The translations under genes were made by a program, and so were the position numbers. The notes below the pieces were generated by a model. It was not told the DNA's origin and ran no database searches. It saw nothing but the letters and a program-made list of their open reading frames with translations. Below are positions 9,667 to 19,141 of a stretch of DNA of 64,000 nt, piece by piece (the first letter of the stretch is position 1; the number at the start of each line of letters is the position of its first letter). The stretch is from an uncultured Poribacteria bacterium (GTDB taxonomy: Bacteria > Poribacteria > WGA-4E > WGA-3G), in contig CATQHZ020000002.1 of the NCBI GenBank assembly GCA_958296135.2, positions 64,001 to 128,000 of the forward strand, in the 5' to 3' direction.

Positions 9667-9689
9667 CAAAAAACCCATTATGATTAATG

Positions 9690-9836
9690 GACTTTCAATC
9701 TCCCAATGGGCTGCCAAAAGGCTTCCCAACGCCGTCCCAAAACGGCATATTCAACCCATTTTGGGTTCCAAAAGGGAGATGGGGCTCCATATAAAAGGGA
9801 GCCCATAGTTCATAGGTACCAAATAAAATTGAACTT
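9690..9836. repeat. Structured intergenic repeat copy 1 (copy 2 at 29726-29872)
   Basis: 56-bp core 9781-9836 matches 29817-29872 at 54/56; hairpins GGGCTCC/GGAGCCC and AGTTCA/TGAACT. Confidence 0.75.
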
Positions 9837-10126
9837 CATTTTTTCAAGATATGATCTGCTAAAAGTGCGCATAGATCGTATTTAATATAATTAGATACGT
9901 TCTCTTGAAATTCTTCCGGTGTCATTTCTTTCAGGCTTCTGCCATAAATGAGATGAACTACATATAGCATTTCATATTTTGAAAACTTATGATCCTCTAT
10001 AACTCTAAATATTTCGTTTTCGAGATCAATTCGATCCAGATCAGGATCTGTTAAATCAATGTCTTTGTGACCAATAATAAATTGATCTAAAGATTGACAT
10101 AACAGATCCTCGGTTCTAATGCTCAT
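9836..10126 (-). CDS. Hypothetical protein
   Basis: 96-aa acidic ORF. Confidence 0.55.
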   Translation of the reverse strand: MSIRTEDLLCQSLDQFIIGHKDIDLTDPDLDRIDLENEIFRVIEDHKFSKYEMLYVVHLIYGRSLKEMTPEEFQENVSNYIKYDLCALLADHILKK

Positions 10127-10131
10127 TGTTA

Positions 10132-10560
10132 TTAGAGCCCCAACTCATATTCAAGATCCGCAACCAAATTAGCAGGCGGATACCCAACTTTCTTGCTATA
10201 AAAGAATACTTCGCCCTCTTCCTTACGCTTGTAGTATCGGCGAAATTCAAAGACCCTGTTCAAAAACGCTTTGCCAGCAGCCTTCGATTTTTGCAACTGA
10301 TATACAAAAGTTTGCTGTTCGGTTTTATCATCTTCGTCACGATCCAAATATGCTAGGATCATTTCGCTTATGTCGCATACTGGGATATCTTCAACAAACT
10401 GATCGATCTCGTTATCAACGACTTGATTCAAATAAACTTCGGGTTTGGTCTGCATGATTTGGTCCTCATTATCGGTTTGATTAACATGTACCAATTGTTC
10501 GACATCATCAACGACTTCTACAGCTACCTTCTTTGTTAGATCCGTCAATCGATTTTGCAT
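10132..10560 (-). CDS. Hypothetical protein
   Basis: 142-aa ORF, first after class A copy 3. Confidence 0.6.
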   Translation of the reverse strand: MQNRLTDLTKKVAVEVVDDVEQLVHVNQTDNEDQIMQTKPEVYLNQVVDNEIDQFVEDIPVCDISEMILAYLDRDEDDKTEQQTFVYQLQKSKAAGKAFLNRVFEFRRYYKRKEEGEVFFYSKKVGYPPANLVADLEYELGL

Positions 10561-10632
10561 TTTTTTATTATCCTTTATTATTGATCCATTTTTTTAATCA
10601 TTTTTTATTTAAAAATTAGGAGCCATTACTCC

Positions 10633-10694
10633 TATATATAATATCGCCAATTTGGCTCGGTTATCAGATCAGACAACCGATAAATTTTTCGCCC
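10633..10694 (-). promoter_or_regulatory. Class A promoter/operator motif, copy 3
   Basis: TATATATAATAT...GTTATCAGATCAGACAACCGATAAATTTTTCGCCC. Confidence 0.75.
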
Positions 10695-10700
10695 AGACAT

Positions 10701-11000
10701 CTAACCGTCGGATGGTTCTCCTACTATATAAAATCTGTCATATCTTACTTCAATTTCGATTTCTGGGACTTCCATTAATGAATCAAACGCATATATCCAA
10801 GCTTTTAACGCATCAGATACTTTATAGATCTGAATCTTATAGTCTTTTGCATATTGGTTTAAAGAGATTGGGCAAAATACCCAACCTCTACCAACACGAA
10901 CTTCATCGTCAATCTGCTCACGCAAACATAAAGCGATCGGACCACTTGTATCCGTATCCTTAACGCCTTGTTTAATATATGATTGATCTACTTTAAACAT
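10701..11000 (-). CDS. Hypothetical phage protein
   Basis: 99-aa ORF coupled to upstream gene. Confidence 0.55.
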   Translation of the reverse strand: MFKVDQSYIKQGVKDTDTSGPIALCLREQIDDEVRVGRGWVFCPISLNQYAKDYKIQIYKVSDALKAWIYAFDSLMEVPEIEIEVRYDRFYIVGEPSDG

Positions 11001-11362
11001 TATCGTACCTCATGAACTTCTTTCCATTTAGCAACCAAACGAGCCTTTCCATAAACCATCATATACTCATCAATGCAATCATGAAAGTCATGAAATTCAA
11101 TACCGGATACTAGGGCATCAAATTCTTCTATTGTTGCATAAGTGAACAACATATAGTCAAAAGAATTAAAATTACTGCAAAGCAAAACGCTTTCGCAAGC
11201 TGTTTCAAGATCGCATGCAGAATCATTTATTGCTTCATCTACTTCTATTACTAGATGAGTAAAAAGCTCTTCTAGTTTCTTATCAAAATACCGATACATT
11301 TTACTTTCACCGTCGCCACCCTTTATGAATTCATCAAAAATATGATACATGTTATTCCTCAA
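11000..11362 (-). CDS. Hypothetical protein
   Basis: 120-aa acidic ORF. Confidence 0.55.
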   Translation of the reverse strand: MRNNMYHIFDEFIKGGDGESKMYRYFDKKLEELFTHLVIEVDEAINDSACDLETACESVLLCSNFNSFDYMLFTYATIEEFDALVSGIEFHDFHDCIDEYMMVYGKARLVAKWKEVHEVR

Positions 11363-12644
11363 TATTAATTTTAACGTTTGGAAAAGACAATTTTTTAGTT
11401 TTTGTTTTCTTTACTTTAGGCACTTGTTTTACTGGATTAAATAAATCCGTCTGTTTAGGAGTTCCATCAAATAAAACTTCTTCTTCGTTATCCACAATAG
11501 GAACTGCTCCAGCAAATCTTTGTTGAGTTATCTCAATATTTTCTTTGCTTACATCAATACCGATCCAGTGGTATCCCAACTTTTCCGCAATTATTGCAGT
11601 TGTTCCAAATCCAAGAAACGCATCTAATACTCGTGGCGGTCGATCGTCAGGACTTTTAATAAATTTTAAAATACGTTCTATAAGTTCTTCGGTCTTACCA
11701 CCTTTATGACCTCCATTTTCTGGTATTGATACTTGCTCTGGTTTAACGTCATGCCAAGTATCATCAATACCGAACCAGGAATGCCCATTAACTTCTTTTG
11801 GATACTCTTTTTTGTGAACAGCAAATGATCCAAGCTTCTTAACTAGTTCTCGAATATGATTTCCATCTTTTAATGTAATATGCTTTCTATTTTTGATATA
11901 ATAGAGCCGCCCATCATTTAAAAGATGATTCATTTTATTATGATTATGCATCCACTTCTTAACTAAGCCATAGAAATTTGTTTCTGGCCTCGTCACAAAA
12001 GTAACAGGATATTGAGCATATCTCCTAATACCATCAGTATGAGGGAACTTTTCTTCAATTTCTTTATCTTTAATTACTCTAAATTCAGCCTTCTGATCAA
12101 ATTCATACTTTGTTTGATCTTTCGCATAAAATAAAACATATCCAGAACATCTACCCAATCGTTTACTAAATCCGGTTTCGCTTCGTTTACCTTTTCTACC
12201 AACGCTACGTCGATAATTAATCAAATTAATTTTATTATTAAATCCAAAGATCATATCTAGTAAGATTTCGAGATATGCAACTTCTTTATCATCACAAATA
12301 AGAAATAATGATCCATGATCCATTAAAATTCTATGAATTTCGCATAATCGAACCGCCATAAATGTTAAATATGACTTTCGACTTATGTTTTGTTCAGGCA
12401 ACCTATACAAAAATTCATAAACATCTAAATTTAAATCATATAAATTTCTAACATCATCATCTCGATCATCATTCCACTTCCATTCATTTCGATCATCATC
12501 AAAATTTGTATAATTTCGCCCACTATTAAATGGAGGATCAATACAGACTGCATCGACATAATTATCGGGAATCTTTTTAAGAACTTCTAAATTATCGCCG
12601 CAATAGACAGTTCTGTTTGGAAATTTATCGCTAGTTTTAAACAT
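11352..12644 (-). CDS. Beta-class N6/N4 DNA methyltransferase
   Basis: GDNLEVL, IDPPFNSG, VLDAFLGFGTT, WIGID; QTDLF motif near C-terminus. Confidence 0.85.
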   Translation of the reverse strand: MFKTSDKFPNRTVYCGDNLEVLKKIPDNYVDAVCIDPPFNSGRNYTNFDDDRNEWKWNDDRDDDVRNLYDLNLDVYEFLYRLPEQNISRKSYLTFMAVRLCEIHRILMDHGSLFLICDDKEVAYLEILLDMIFGFNNKINLINYRRSVGRKGKRSETGFSKRLGRCSGYVLFYAKDQTKYEFDQKAEFRVIKDKEIEEKFPHTDGIRRYAQYPVTFVTRPETNFYGLVKKWMHNHNKMNHLLNDGRLYYIKNRKHITLKDGNHIRELVKKLGSFAVHKKEYPKEVNGHSWFGIDDTWHDVKPEQVSIPENGGHKGGKTEELIERILKFIKSPDDRPPRVLDAFLGFGTTAIIAEKLGYHWIGIDVSKENIEITQQRFAGAVPIVDNEEEVLFDGTPKQTDLFNPVKQVPKVKKTKTKKLSFPNVKINIEE

Positions 12645-12650
12645 AATAAA

Positions 12651-13232
12651 TTATTTTCCTGTGACTTTACTGGCTCTTTTCTTAATATCATCTAGTGACT
12701 GTATTGCGGATATAAAATTTTTATTCAAATAATAATGTTCTTTACGATTTTTATATTGATCGTCTTTTAGGTTTTTTTGAAAATATTGCTCATGATCTCC
12801 TTCAAATAAATGAAGGAGAAACATATCAGGAGCAGTAGTTTGATGATCTTTTAAACGTCTAAACGGATCTTGACTCCTTCCAATCTTTATATAATCGGAA
12901 CTACCGTTCCATAGTACATATGTATATTGATTAGCAGGATCAATCGGTTTAATATTAATATCTACTGTTAAATTTCGGTTATTAATCGATCTTATTTCTA
13001 TTCCAGGTTGCCCAATAGAACTTCTTACTTCTGGTTCAAGTTCCTCAAACATAAAAGCATTATTAGGCAACCCTATTAACTTATGACTTCCAAATACAGA
13101 TCCTACATATTTTTTAATATGATTAAAATGATCTAAATTCTCGACAGTCCAAGGTTTTTTACCATGCTTTTGAATAATAGCATTTTTAAGATCTCCGATA
13201 TTTGGAAACTTCACATATGATCCTTTGCTCAC
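12651..13232 (-). CDS. GIY-YIG / T5orf172-like nuclease domain protein
   Basis: YTYVLWN...YIKIGRSQDPFRRLKDHQT. Confidence 0.65.
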   Translation of the reverse strand: MSKGSYVKFPNIGDLKNAIIQKHGKKPWTVENLDHFNHIKKYVGSVFGSHKLIGLPNNAFMFEELEPEVRSSIGQPGIEIRSINNRNLTVDINIKPIDPANQYTYVLWNGSSDYIKIGRSQDPFRRLKDHQTTAPDMFLLHLFEGDHEQYFQKNLKDDQYKNRKEHYYLNKNFISAIQSLDDIKKRASKVTGK

Positions 13233-13243
13233 TTTTTATCTCC

Positions 13244-13915
13244 TTAAATTAATGTTACCTGTTTATCGTTTTCTTCTGCCAATTGATCTTGTCGATTTAA
13301 TACAAGAGCATCTATAAAAAGCTTTAAAACCTCTGGATTTTTCATTATAGCAGGCAATAGAACTTTGTTTTCTGCTTCCTTAATATGTTCTCCCAACCGC
13401 TTAATTATGTAACCCTTTAAGGCAATATTCTGAACACCAAGTTCCTTTGCTAATGTCGATCCAGCATCAATAAAATGATAATTTGGCTGATCCGGAATCA
13501 TATCTTTATACATAGAACCCAATAAAAATATATGGGTTGTATGATCATTTTTAGTTAACGGTAATTCAAGAGCTTGAACATATTGTTTACCAAGCAAATA
13601 AATTATCAGATCCCATTTTTGAGCTTCCCGACTCATATCATTATGAATCTGAAGTTCCCTTGCTGTGGATAAAATCTCTTCATTCGACATCGAATTAAAT
13701 GTAACATTGTAAGGCGATACCATATCAAGTTCTTTAAGCAACCCATATTTGGCACTTATGATATATAATCCCATTCCAAACATACCGTAAGTATCGCGCA
13801 TATCACGCACGCCATGTGAAACGTAATGGTGCTGGAGCCCTTGATAAAAGACTCCAGCATATCCAGGTATATTCATCTTCTTTGCGGTACAGCTAGTCAC
13901 TATTAACGTCTTCAT
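13244..13915 (-). CDS. DUF6884/YaaA-like protein, candidate DpdA accessory factor
   Basis: IVTSCTAKK...YQGLQH...YIISAKYGLL...PYNVTF; C-terminal QVTLI. Confidence 0.6.
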   Translation of the reverse strand: MKTLIVTSCTAKKMNIPGYAGVFYQGLQHHYVSHGVRDMRDTYGMFGMGLYIISAKYGLLKELDMVSPYNVTFNSMSNEEILSTARELQIHNDMSREAQKWDLIIYLLGKQYVQALELPLTKNDHTTHIFLLGSMYKDMIPDQPNYHFIDAGSTLAKELGVQNIALKGYIIKRLGEHIKEAENKVLLPAIMKNPEVLKLFIDALVLNRQDQLAEENDKQVTLI

Positions 13916-14157
13916 TTTCCTTCATACCTCGTATAAATTTCATCTTCTTCCTTTTGTGTTCTTTTAGAAAGTTCCTCTACACGCCAATGATCAAAATAGT
14001 TTTCCTCATAGATCTCGTCGCTGTCAGGATATTCATCTTGATCTTTATCCATTTCTTCTCTTATGATCTGATCTCGTTCTTCATAATGCCGGTTCCACAG
14101 ATCATGGATTTCCCACTGCATTCCTTCGCTCATATACATACCTCTCAAGGTTGTCAC
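13912..14157 (-). CDS. Small acidic hypothetical protein
   Basis: ORF coupled to downstream gene. Confidence 0.5.
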   Translation of the reverse strand: MTTLRGMYMSEGMQWEIHDLWNRHYEERDQIIREEMDKDQDEYPDSDEIYEENYFDHWRVEELSKRTQKEEDEIYTRYEGK

Positions 14158-14527
14158 GATCTTCCATAATCTGAATAATTATGATCTCGCGATTTTGATC
14201 CAACTTCTCATTAGCAATTCTAAGAGCTATCTTAAGGCAAGCATTACGAAAGTCTAAACCATACTTAGTCGGATGTTTCTCTAGATCTTTCTTTCGGAAA
14301 GTTATCTCAATTTCAACACCCTTATCTGGATTCCAACTTAAACAATTAGGATCTACACTATAAGATACTCGCTGATCATAAAACCATGGATGATCATCAT
14401 CATAAAACCATTTCCAATTCCACCAACTAAAATTAATTTCATCAGCTACTTCTTCAAGAGTTTCTCTCAGATACTCGTAATCTTCTTTAGAATCATCTAT
14501 TGTCTTTTGAGTAAGAATAAAAGTCAT
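14102..14527 (-). CDS. Hypothetical protein (tandem paralog of 14524-14928)
   Basis: Shared MTFILT, EINFSW, RVSYSV, HPTKYGL.FRN. Confidence 0.65.
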   Translation of the reverse strand: MTFILTQKTIDDSKEDYEYLRETLEEVADEINFSWWNWKWFYDDDHPWFYDQRVSYSVDPNCLSWNPDKGVEIEITFRKKDLEKHPTKYGLDFRNACLKIALRIANEKLDQNREIIIIQIMEDRDNLERYVYERRNAVGNP

Positions 14528-14928
14528 TGTTTTTCCTTTGCATTCCTTCGCTCATATGTACATTTCTCCATTGCTTTGCTATCTTCTCTTATAGTAATAG
14601 TTAGGAACTTACGATTTTCGCTCAACATCTCATTAGCAAATCTAAGAGCGGTTTTAAGACAATCATTACGAAAGTTTAAACCATACTTAGTCGGATGTTT
14701 CTTCAGATCTTCCTTTCGGAAATTTATCGAAATTTCAGCGCTCTCATTTACATGCACATCCAAATTTGAAAAATCAGGACTTACACTATAAGATACTCTA
14801 GAATCAAAAACCATTTCGAACCAACTAAAATTAATTTCTGTAGATACTTCATAAAGAGCATCGCTTAGATACGTAAGATCTTCATTAATAGGAGTAAGTT
14901 TTTCCCTGTCCGTAAGAATAAAAGTCAT
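14524..14928 (-). CDS. Hypothetical protein (tandem paralog of 14102-14527)
   Basis: Start reassigned to MTFILT by alignment with its paralog. Confidence 0.65.
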   Translation of the reverse strand: MTFILTDREKLTPINEDLTYLSDALYEVSTEINFSWFEMVFDSRVSYSVSPDFSNLDVHVNESAEISINFRKEDLKKHPTKYGLNFRNDCLKTALRFANEMLSENRKFLTITIREDSKAMEKCTYERRNAKEKQ

Positions 14929-15202
14929 TGTTCTTCCTCTTTTTTCTATATTGTTTGCGATTTTCATCTCGATCAAAATACGCATTATGAATTGTTCTGC
15001 CATCTGGCATCAAAATTACACGCAGGCACTTTCTTTCGGATTGAATAAACTTCCAAACGGAAATTCTGTTGTTATCTTGCACCTTATACTTGGTTGGGTT
15101 CTCAATTGCATCTCTAATCCAAGAGAACTTGATATTTTTACGATCATTTCTTTGACGGCTCTTATAGAAATACGTTGTATACCGATATTGTACATGGCTC
15201 AT
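14885..15202 (-). CDS. Putative RelE/DUF4258-like ribonuclease toxin
   Basis: WIRDAIENP...QDNNRISVW...LRVILMPDGRTIHNAYFDR resembles small toxins normally paired with DUF2283. Confidence 0.55.
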   Translation of the reverse strand: MSHVQYRYTTYFYKSRQRNDRKNIKFSWIRDAIENPTKYKVQDNNRISVWKFIQSERKCLRVILMPDGRTIHNAYFDRDENRKQYRKKRKNNDFYSYGQGKTYSY

Positions 15203-15231
15203 TTTTTTATCTCCTTATTGCTTTATATTAT

Positions 15232-15266
15232 TAAAATATTAAATTTTCAACCCCATTTAAATCCAA
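15232..15266 (-). promoter_or_regulatory. Class B promoter motif, copy 2
   Basis: Exact consensus match. Confidence 0.8.
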
Positions 15267-15295
15267 GCAATGGGGAGCCGGAGCTCCCAATTTTT

Positions 15296-15541
15296 TCAAT
15301 CTATGCTAATGATATTAACTCCATCTCGAGCACTAACAATAGCACTTATGAACTTCTCCATCCATTCATCACATTCTTCTTCTGTCCCCTTAAATAATGT
15401 TACTGTTTCGTAACAATCTTGATAGAAGCTAGCACATCTAGCTCTAACGCGCCAACCGTCAGTAAGTTTTGCTGAATGAATATCAAAGACATTATCAAAA
15501 TTAACAAGCGTTCCATCAAGGCCTTCAAGTAGGATTTTCAT
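15296..15541 (-). CDS. Hypothetical phage protein
   Basis: 81-aa ORF. Confidence 0.55.
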   Translation of the reverse strand: MKILLEGLDGTLVNFDNVFDIHSAKLTDGWRVRARCASFYQDCYETVTLFKGTEEECDEWMEKFISAIVSARDGVNIISID

Positions 15542-15551
15542 TTATTTGTCC

Positions 15552-16352
15552 TTAATTTAAATTTAGAATAAGTAATTCGTTATAGATCTTACATTTATTT
15601 CGCCAAGCAACATCTATAACATCAAAATCTTTATACAGTTCTCTAATTAGATCATGGTCGCCATAAGACATCATCCAATTAGGAATTTGTTTTAATCTTT
15701 CCGCTAACTCGTTATGATCAAACAGATCTTCAAATCCAACCTGCTGATAATAATATTCTTTTTCAACATATGGTGGATCTAAATATAGAAGCCGCCCATT
15801 AGAACTATCTAACGCTTCTCTGTAATCCGCATACTTAATTGTTACCAATTTATTTTGCCACGATCGAAATTTAGTAAATCGTTTTAAGCTTAAATTCTTA
15901 AGTTTACTACTTAAAGCAATTCTTAAGTTTTTGCCGCCCCACCCAACAGATGTAACATTCCAATACATGGATGCTCTACGTAAATCATCATATTGATTAC
16001 CATTAAAATCTAATGATCCCTTTTTAAATCCATTATATGTATAATACCTTCTTTCTTCATACGAAAGAGGATAAAATTTTAACAGATCATCTATAACTAG
16101 ATCAGCGTCATTAATCCAATACTTCCAAAAGTTAGCTAGTGGTTCAAAGAAATCGGATCCATGAACTTTAATATTAAGATCGGTTAATCTAAGTTCTAGA
16201 CCGCCGCCACCAAAAAATGGCGATACTATTTCTTTTGTTCCTTTTGGCAAATATTTTAAAAAACAGGGATAGAAGTTCCGCTTACTACCCATATACTTTA
16301 ACGGAGTCTCAATTGATGGAGACCCCAATAAATTTAATTGCTTGTCTTTCAT
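15552..16352 (-). CDS. Dam-family (alpha class) DNA adenine methyltransferase
   Basis: LKYMGSK, IVSPFFGGG, YLDPPY, WMMSY; N-terminal QLNLL. Confidence 0.88.
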   Translation of the reverse strand: MKDKQLNLLGSPSIETPLKYMGSKRNFYPCFLKYLPKGTKEIVSPFFGGGGLELRLTDLNIKVHGSDFFEPLANFWKYWINDADLVIDDLLKFYPLSYEERRYYTYNGFKKGSLDFNGNQYDDLRRASMYWNVTSVGWGGKNLRIALSSKLKNLSLKRFTKFRSWQNKLVTIKYADYREALDSSNGRLLYLDPPYVEKEYYYQQVGFEDLFDHNELAERLKQIPNWMMSYGDHDLIRELYKDFDVIDVAWRNKCKIYNELLILNLN

Positions 16353-16387
16353 ATTCAACCTCAATATTTTTTTTAACTCTTTGTTCC

Positions 16388-16447
16388 TATATATAATATA
16401 GCCGATGGGGGGCTGTTATCAGAGCAGACAACCACTCTTTTTCGCCC
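16388..16447 (-). promoter_or_regulatory. Class A promoter/operator motif, copy 4 (central GATC replaced by GAGC)
   Basis: TATATATAATATAG...GTTATCAGAGCAGACAACC...TTTCGCCC. Confidence 0.7.
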
Positions 16448-16460
16448 CCAGACAACTAAC

Positions 16461-18158
16461 CTATTTTCTGATCACCATTTTCCTTGTGGCTATAAAATTC
16501 TTAGTAATCAGCGTGTAAAAGTAAACTCCACTGGCTACTCGTTCTCCATATTCATTTTTGCCATCCCAATATGCCGCCCTTGATCTACTCATATAAACCC
16601 CGCTTGGCTGATGTCCAAGATCTAATGATCTGACAAGTTGCCCATTCACTCCATAGATTTCTATAGTCACATTGGTTGGTTCATCCAATTCATATGGAAT
16701 CCACGTTTCAGGATTAAACGGGTTTGGATAGTTAACGCCCAATGCGGCGTTAGTCACAAAAGTAGGTTGTTGAGGAGCCGCTCCATAACTCGATCTATCC
16801 TGACCGAATAACTGATCTCCCATATATTTAATGTCATTTATTACTTGTCGATACCTTATATTATCCTGTTTAATAAAATCATTCATCGTTTCTTGAGCAA
16901 TATATGGACCATTGTCATCAATTATTTCATCAATTATTTCTTCGATTTCTATAAACCCATCATTATGACATGTCATACAGCTTGTTCCATTAATAATTGG
17001 ACTATTATCTGAAATATCATCTGGAGTATTATCTGGAATTGCAACAATATCAGTTGGAGCCTGTGGTAGCCTTACTCCTTTACTATTAGTAATAAAATAA
17101 GCATGTAATCCATTTGGTAATGTGAATATCATTTCGCCGCCAGCATGTTCAAAATTTAATGGATGTTCAGCAATATTATTTATTCCAGTGCTATTATCAA
17201 AATCATATGATCTATAATAAACACCATTAGCGGCTTCTGATTTCATAAGAGGATACTTAAACGGAATTCGTTCAACTATTCTATTGTGGTAAGATACATT
17301 AGATTTACCTTCTGCTATTCCAACGACATCATATAATTTCTGGCTAGCAAATGGATTTGGAGTATAGAAAACAATTCCTCCAAGAGGTGAATACGGGATT
17401 GATGGAGATAATCTTTCATTAGTCAATTCATCTTCAGTATTTGGTAATCTTAATATATCATGATATAAAGGAGGTTTAGAAGCGTTTTCAAGAAACCAAT
17501 CAATAGGAATAATCGGATATTTTGGTTGTGTTACCCCATCAACCATATCTAATATTTCATCATAAATAGAATTTGATTGATAAGATCCATCATCTTGATA
17601 ATGAGCTTCTAATAATTGCCAACTTGTAGATCCTGCAGGACCAAAAGAAGTTCGAACATTAATTGAAAAAATCATTCCATATGATCCATGAACTATTTCA
17701 GGATAAATAATTGTTGGTCTCCATGAAAAACGATTTAATAACTTAGTTAAATCTATAAAATCTGATTTTCTATTATTAGTCACAGTAAAATATCGTTTCC
17801 ATTCTTGATCGTATCCATCACCATATTCTAAATCATCTTTAACAAGAGATAAAATTTCATTATCACTTAATTCATGCCAATCAGAACTTCTAGAATCGAC
17901 CCAATCTTGTATAGAGTCAATATCGGATTGATCTAATTCTGGTTTGCCTAATGGCATTACTCCAAACCCATCTACTCCATTAGTAATCGCATTAGGAATT
18001 AAATTTACATTTCGATCTAAAAATTGATTATCATGACAACTACTACAATTCTTTTCAAGTATATTAGAAACTTCTTGTTCTATTTGTGCTGGCGATGGTC
18101 CAGCATTCAGTGACATACAAGCTGATAATGCCATAGCGCCAAGCGTCTTGAACTTCAT
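16461..18158 (-). CDS. Secreted c-type cytochrome-like protein with Poribacteria-type C-terminal FlgD-Ig/secretion domain
   Basis: Signal peptide-like N-terminus; CxxCH twice (CSSCH, CMTCH); NYPNPFNPETWIPY...AAYWDGKNEYGERVASGVYFY...ATRKMVIRK. Confidence 0.75.
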   Translation of the reverse strand: MKFKTLGAMALSACMSLNAGPSPAQIEQEVSNILEKNCSSCHDNQFLDRNVNLIPNAITNGVDGFGVMPLGKPELDQSDIDSIQDWVDSRSSDWHELSDNEILSLVKDDLEYGDGYDQEWKRYFTVTNNRKSDFIDLTKLLNRFSWRPTIIYPEIVHGSYGMIFSINVRTSFGPAGSTSWQLLEAHYQDDGSYQSNSIYDEILDMVDGVTQPKYPIIPIDWFLENASKPPLYHDILRLPNTEDELTNERLSPSIPYSPLGGIVFYTPNPFASQKLYDVVGIAEGKSNVSYHNRIVERIPFKYPLMKSEAANGVYYRSYDFDNSTGINNIAEHPLNFEHAGGEMIFTLPNGLHAYFITNSKGVRLPQAPTDIVAIPDNTPDDISDNSPIINGTSCMTCHNDGFIEIEEIIDEIIDDNGPYIAQETMNDFIKQDNIRYRQVINDIKYMGDQLFGQDRSSYGAAPQQPTFVTNAALGVNYPNPFNPETWIPYELDEPTNVTIEIYGVNGQLVRSLDLGHQPSGVYMSRSRAAYWDGKNEYGERVASGVYFYTLITKNFIATRKMVIRK

Positions 18159-18210
18159 AACATGGCTCCCACATGAGTTCGGGAGGGGAATTGAACCCCT
18201 CCCAATGTTA

Positions 18211-18408
18211 CTAATAGTCTTGCGTAACTAGAAAGTTAATTTTATTTCGAAGCCCATCATATAAATCATTAATTTCTTTTTGTGACTTACATTTATCTAG
18301 TTTTTGATCCGCAATAGCAAACTGATTAAGAATCTCTTTACGCATTACACCGATCACGGTTTTTGTTATCGGAATGTTATGATTTAAAAGCTCTGAATTT
18401 ATACTCAT
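18211..18408 (-). CDS. Hypothetical protein
   Basis: 65-aa ORF in operon. Confidence 0.5.
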   Translation of the reverse strand: MSINSELLNHNIPITKTVIGVMRKEILNQFAIADQKLDKCKSQKEINDLYDGLRNKINFLVTQDY

Positions 18409-18413
18409 TTTAA

Positions 18414-19130
18414 TTACTCCTTTGCATATTTAGCATCATAGTTTCTGATAACTCTTAACGCTTGTGCCAATTCCGCATTATCAGATTCTAATTCTTCAAC
18501 TTTATTTGTTAACGCTTCAACAAGTATTGTAAGATCATCATTATTATTATTCAATTCTTCGTTTTTACGTGTTAAAGATTCAACTTCCTCTAGAAGATCT
18601 TTATTATCATGTTCAGAATCTTCGAGTTTAAGAGTTAATTGGTTAATATTTGCTATTTGATTTTCGATTCGCTGATCTTTCGCTGCTAATTCTTTTTTGT
18701 GTTCTTGTTCTTTTTCAACTATTTCTGCGATCGCTTTTACTACTGATTGGACATCCATTTGTTCTTCTCCTGTATTTGGATTAGAAATTAAATTAGAAAC
18801 TTCATTTATTACATCGATATGATACTTACCATATCGATCTTCCATAAGTTTATCTGCATTATCCGTTAACTGATATTGACCCCAACCAATTCGAGGTAGA
18901 ATACCAAAAGTTTCAAGGTTGTTAATTGCCGAATCAAATACCGCTTCATGCCATTCGTCATAAATTACAGATATTTGATTAGCAACATTATGAACAATAT
19001 CTTGTCGGTTGACGGTACCATCTCTAAATTTCTTAACTTCCAAATATATAAGGATATGTGTCGCTTTAGATCTTGAAGTTAAATTAAGAACCCTTATTTG
19101 CTCGTCTGTTAAACCTAGATCTTTAATCAT
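18414..19130 (-). CDS. Putative winged-helix plus long coiled-coil protein
   Basis: AINNLETFGILPRIGWGQYQLT wing-like motif; C-terminal heptad repeats. Confidence 0.55.
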   Translation of the reverse strand: MIKDLGLTDEQIRVLNLTSRSKATHILIYLEVKKFRDGTVNRQDIVHNVANQISVIYDEWHEAVFDSAINNLETFGILPRIGWGQYQLTDNADKLMEDRYGKYHIDVINEVSNLISNPNTGEEQMDVQSVVKAIAEIVEKEQEHKKELAAKDQRIENQIANINQLTLKLEDSEHDNKDLLEEVESLTRKNEELNNNNDDLTILVEALTNKVEELESDNAELAQALRVIRNYDAKYAKE

Positions 19131-19141
19131 CTTTAACCTCC

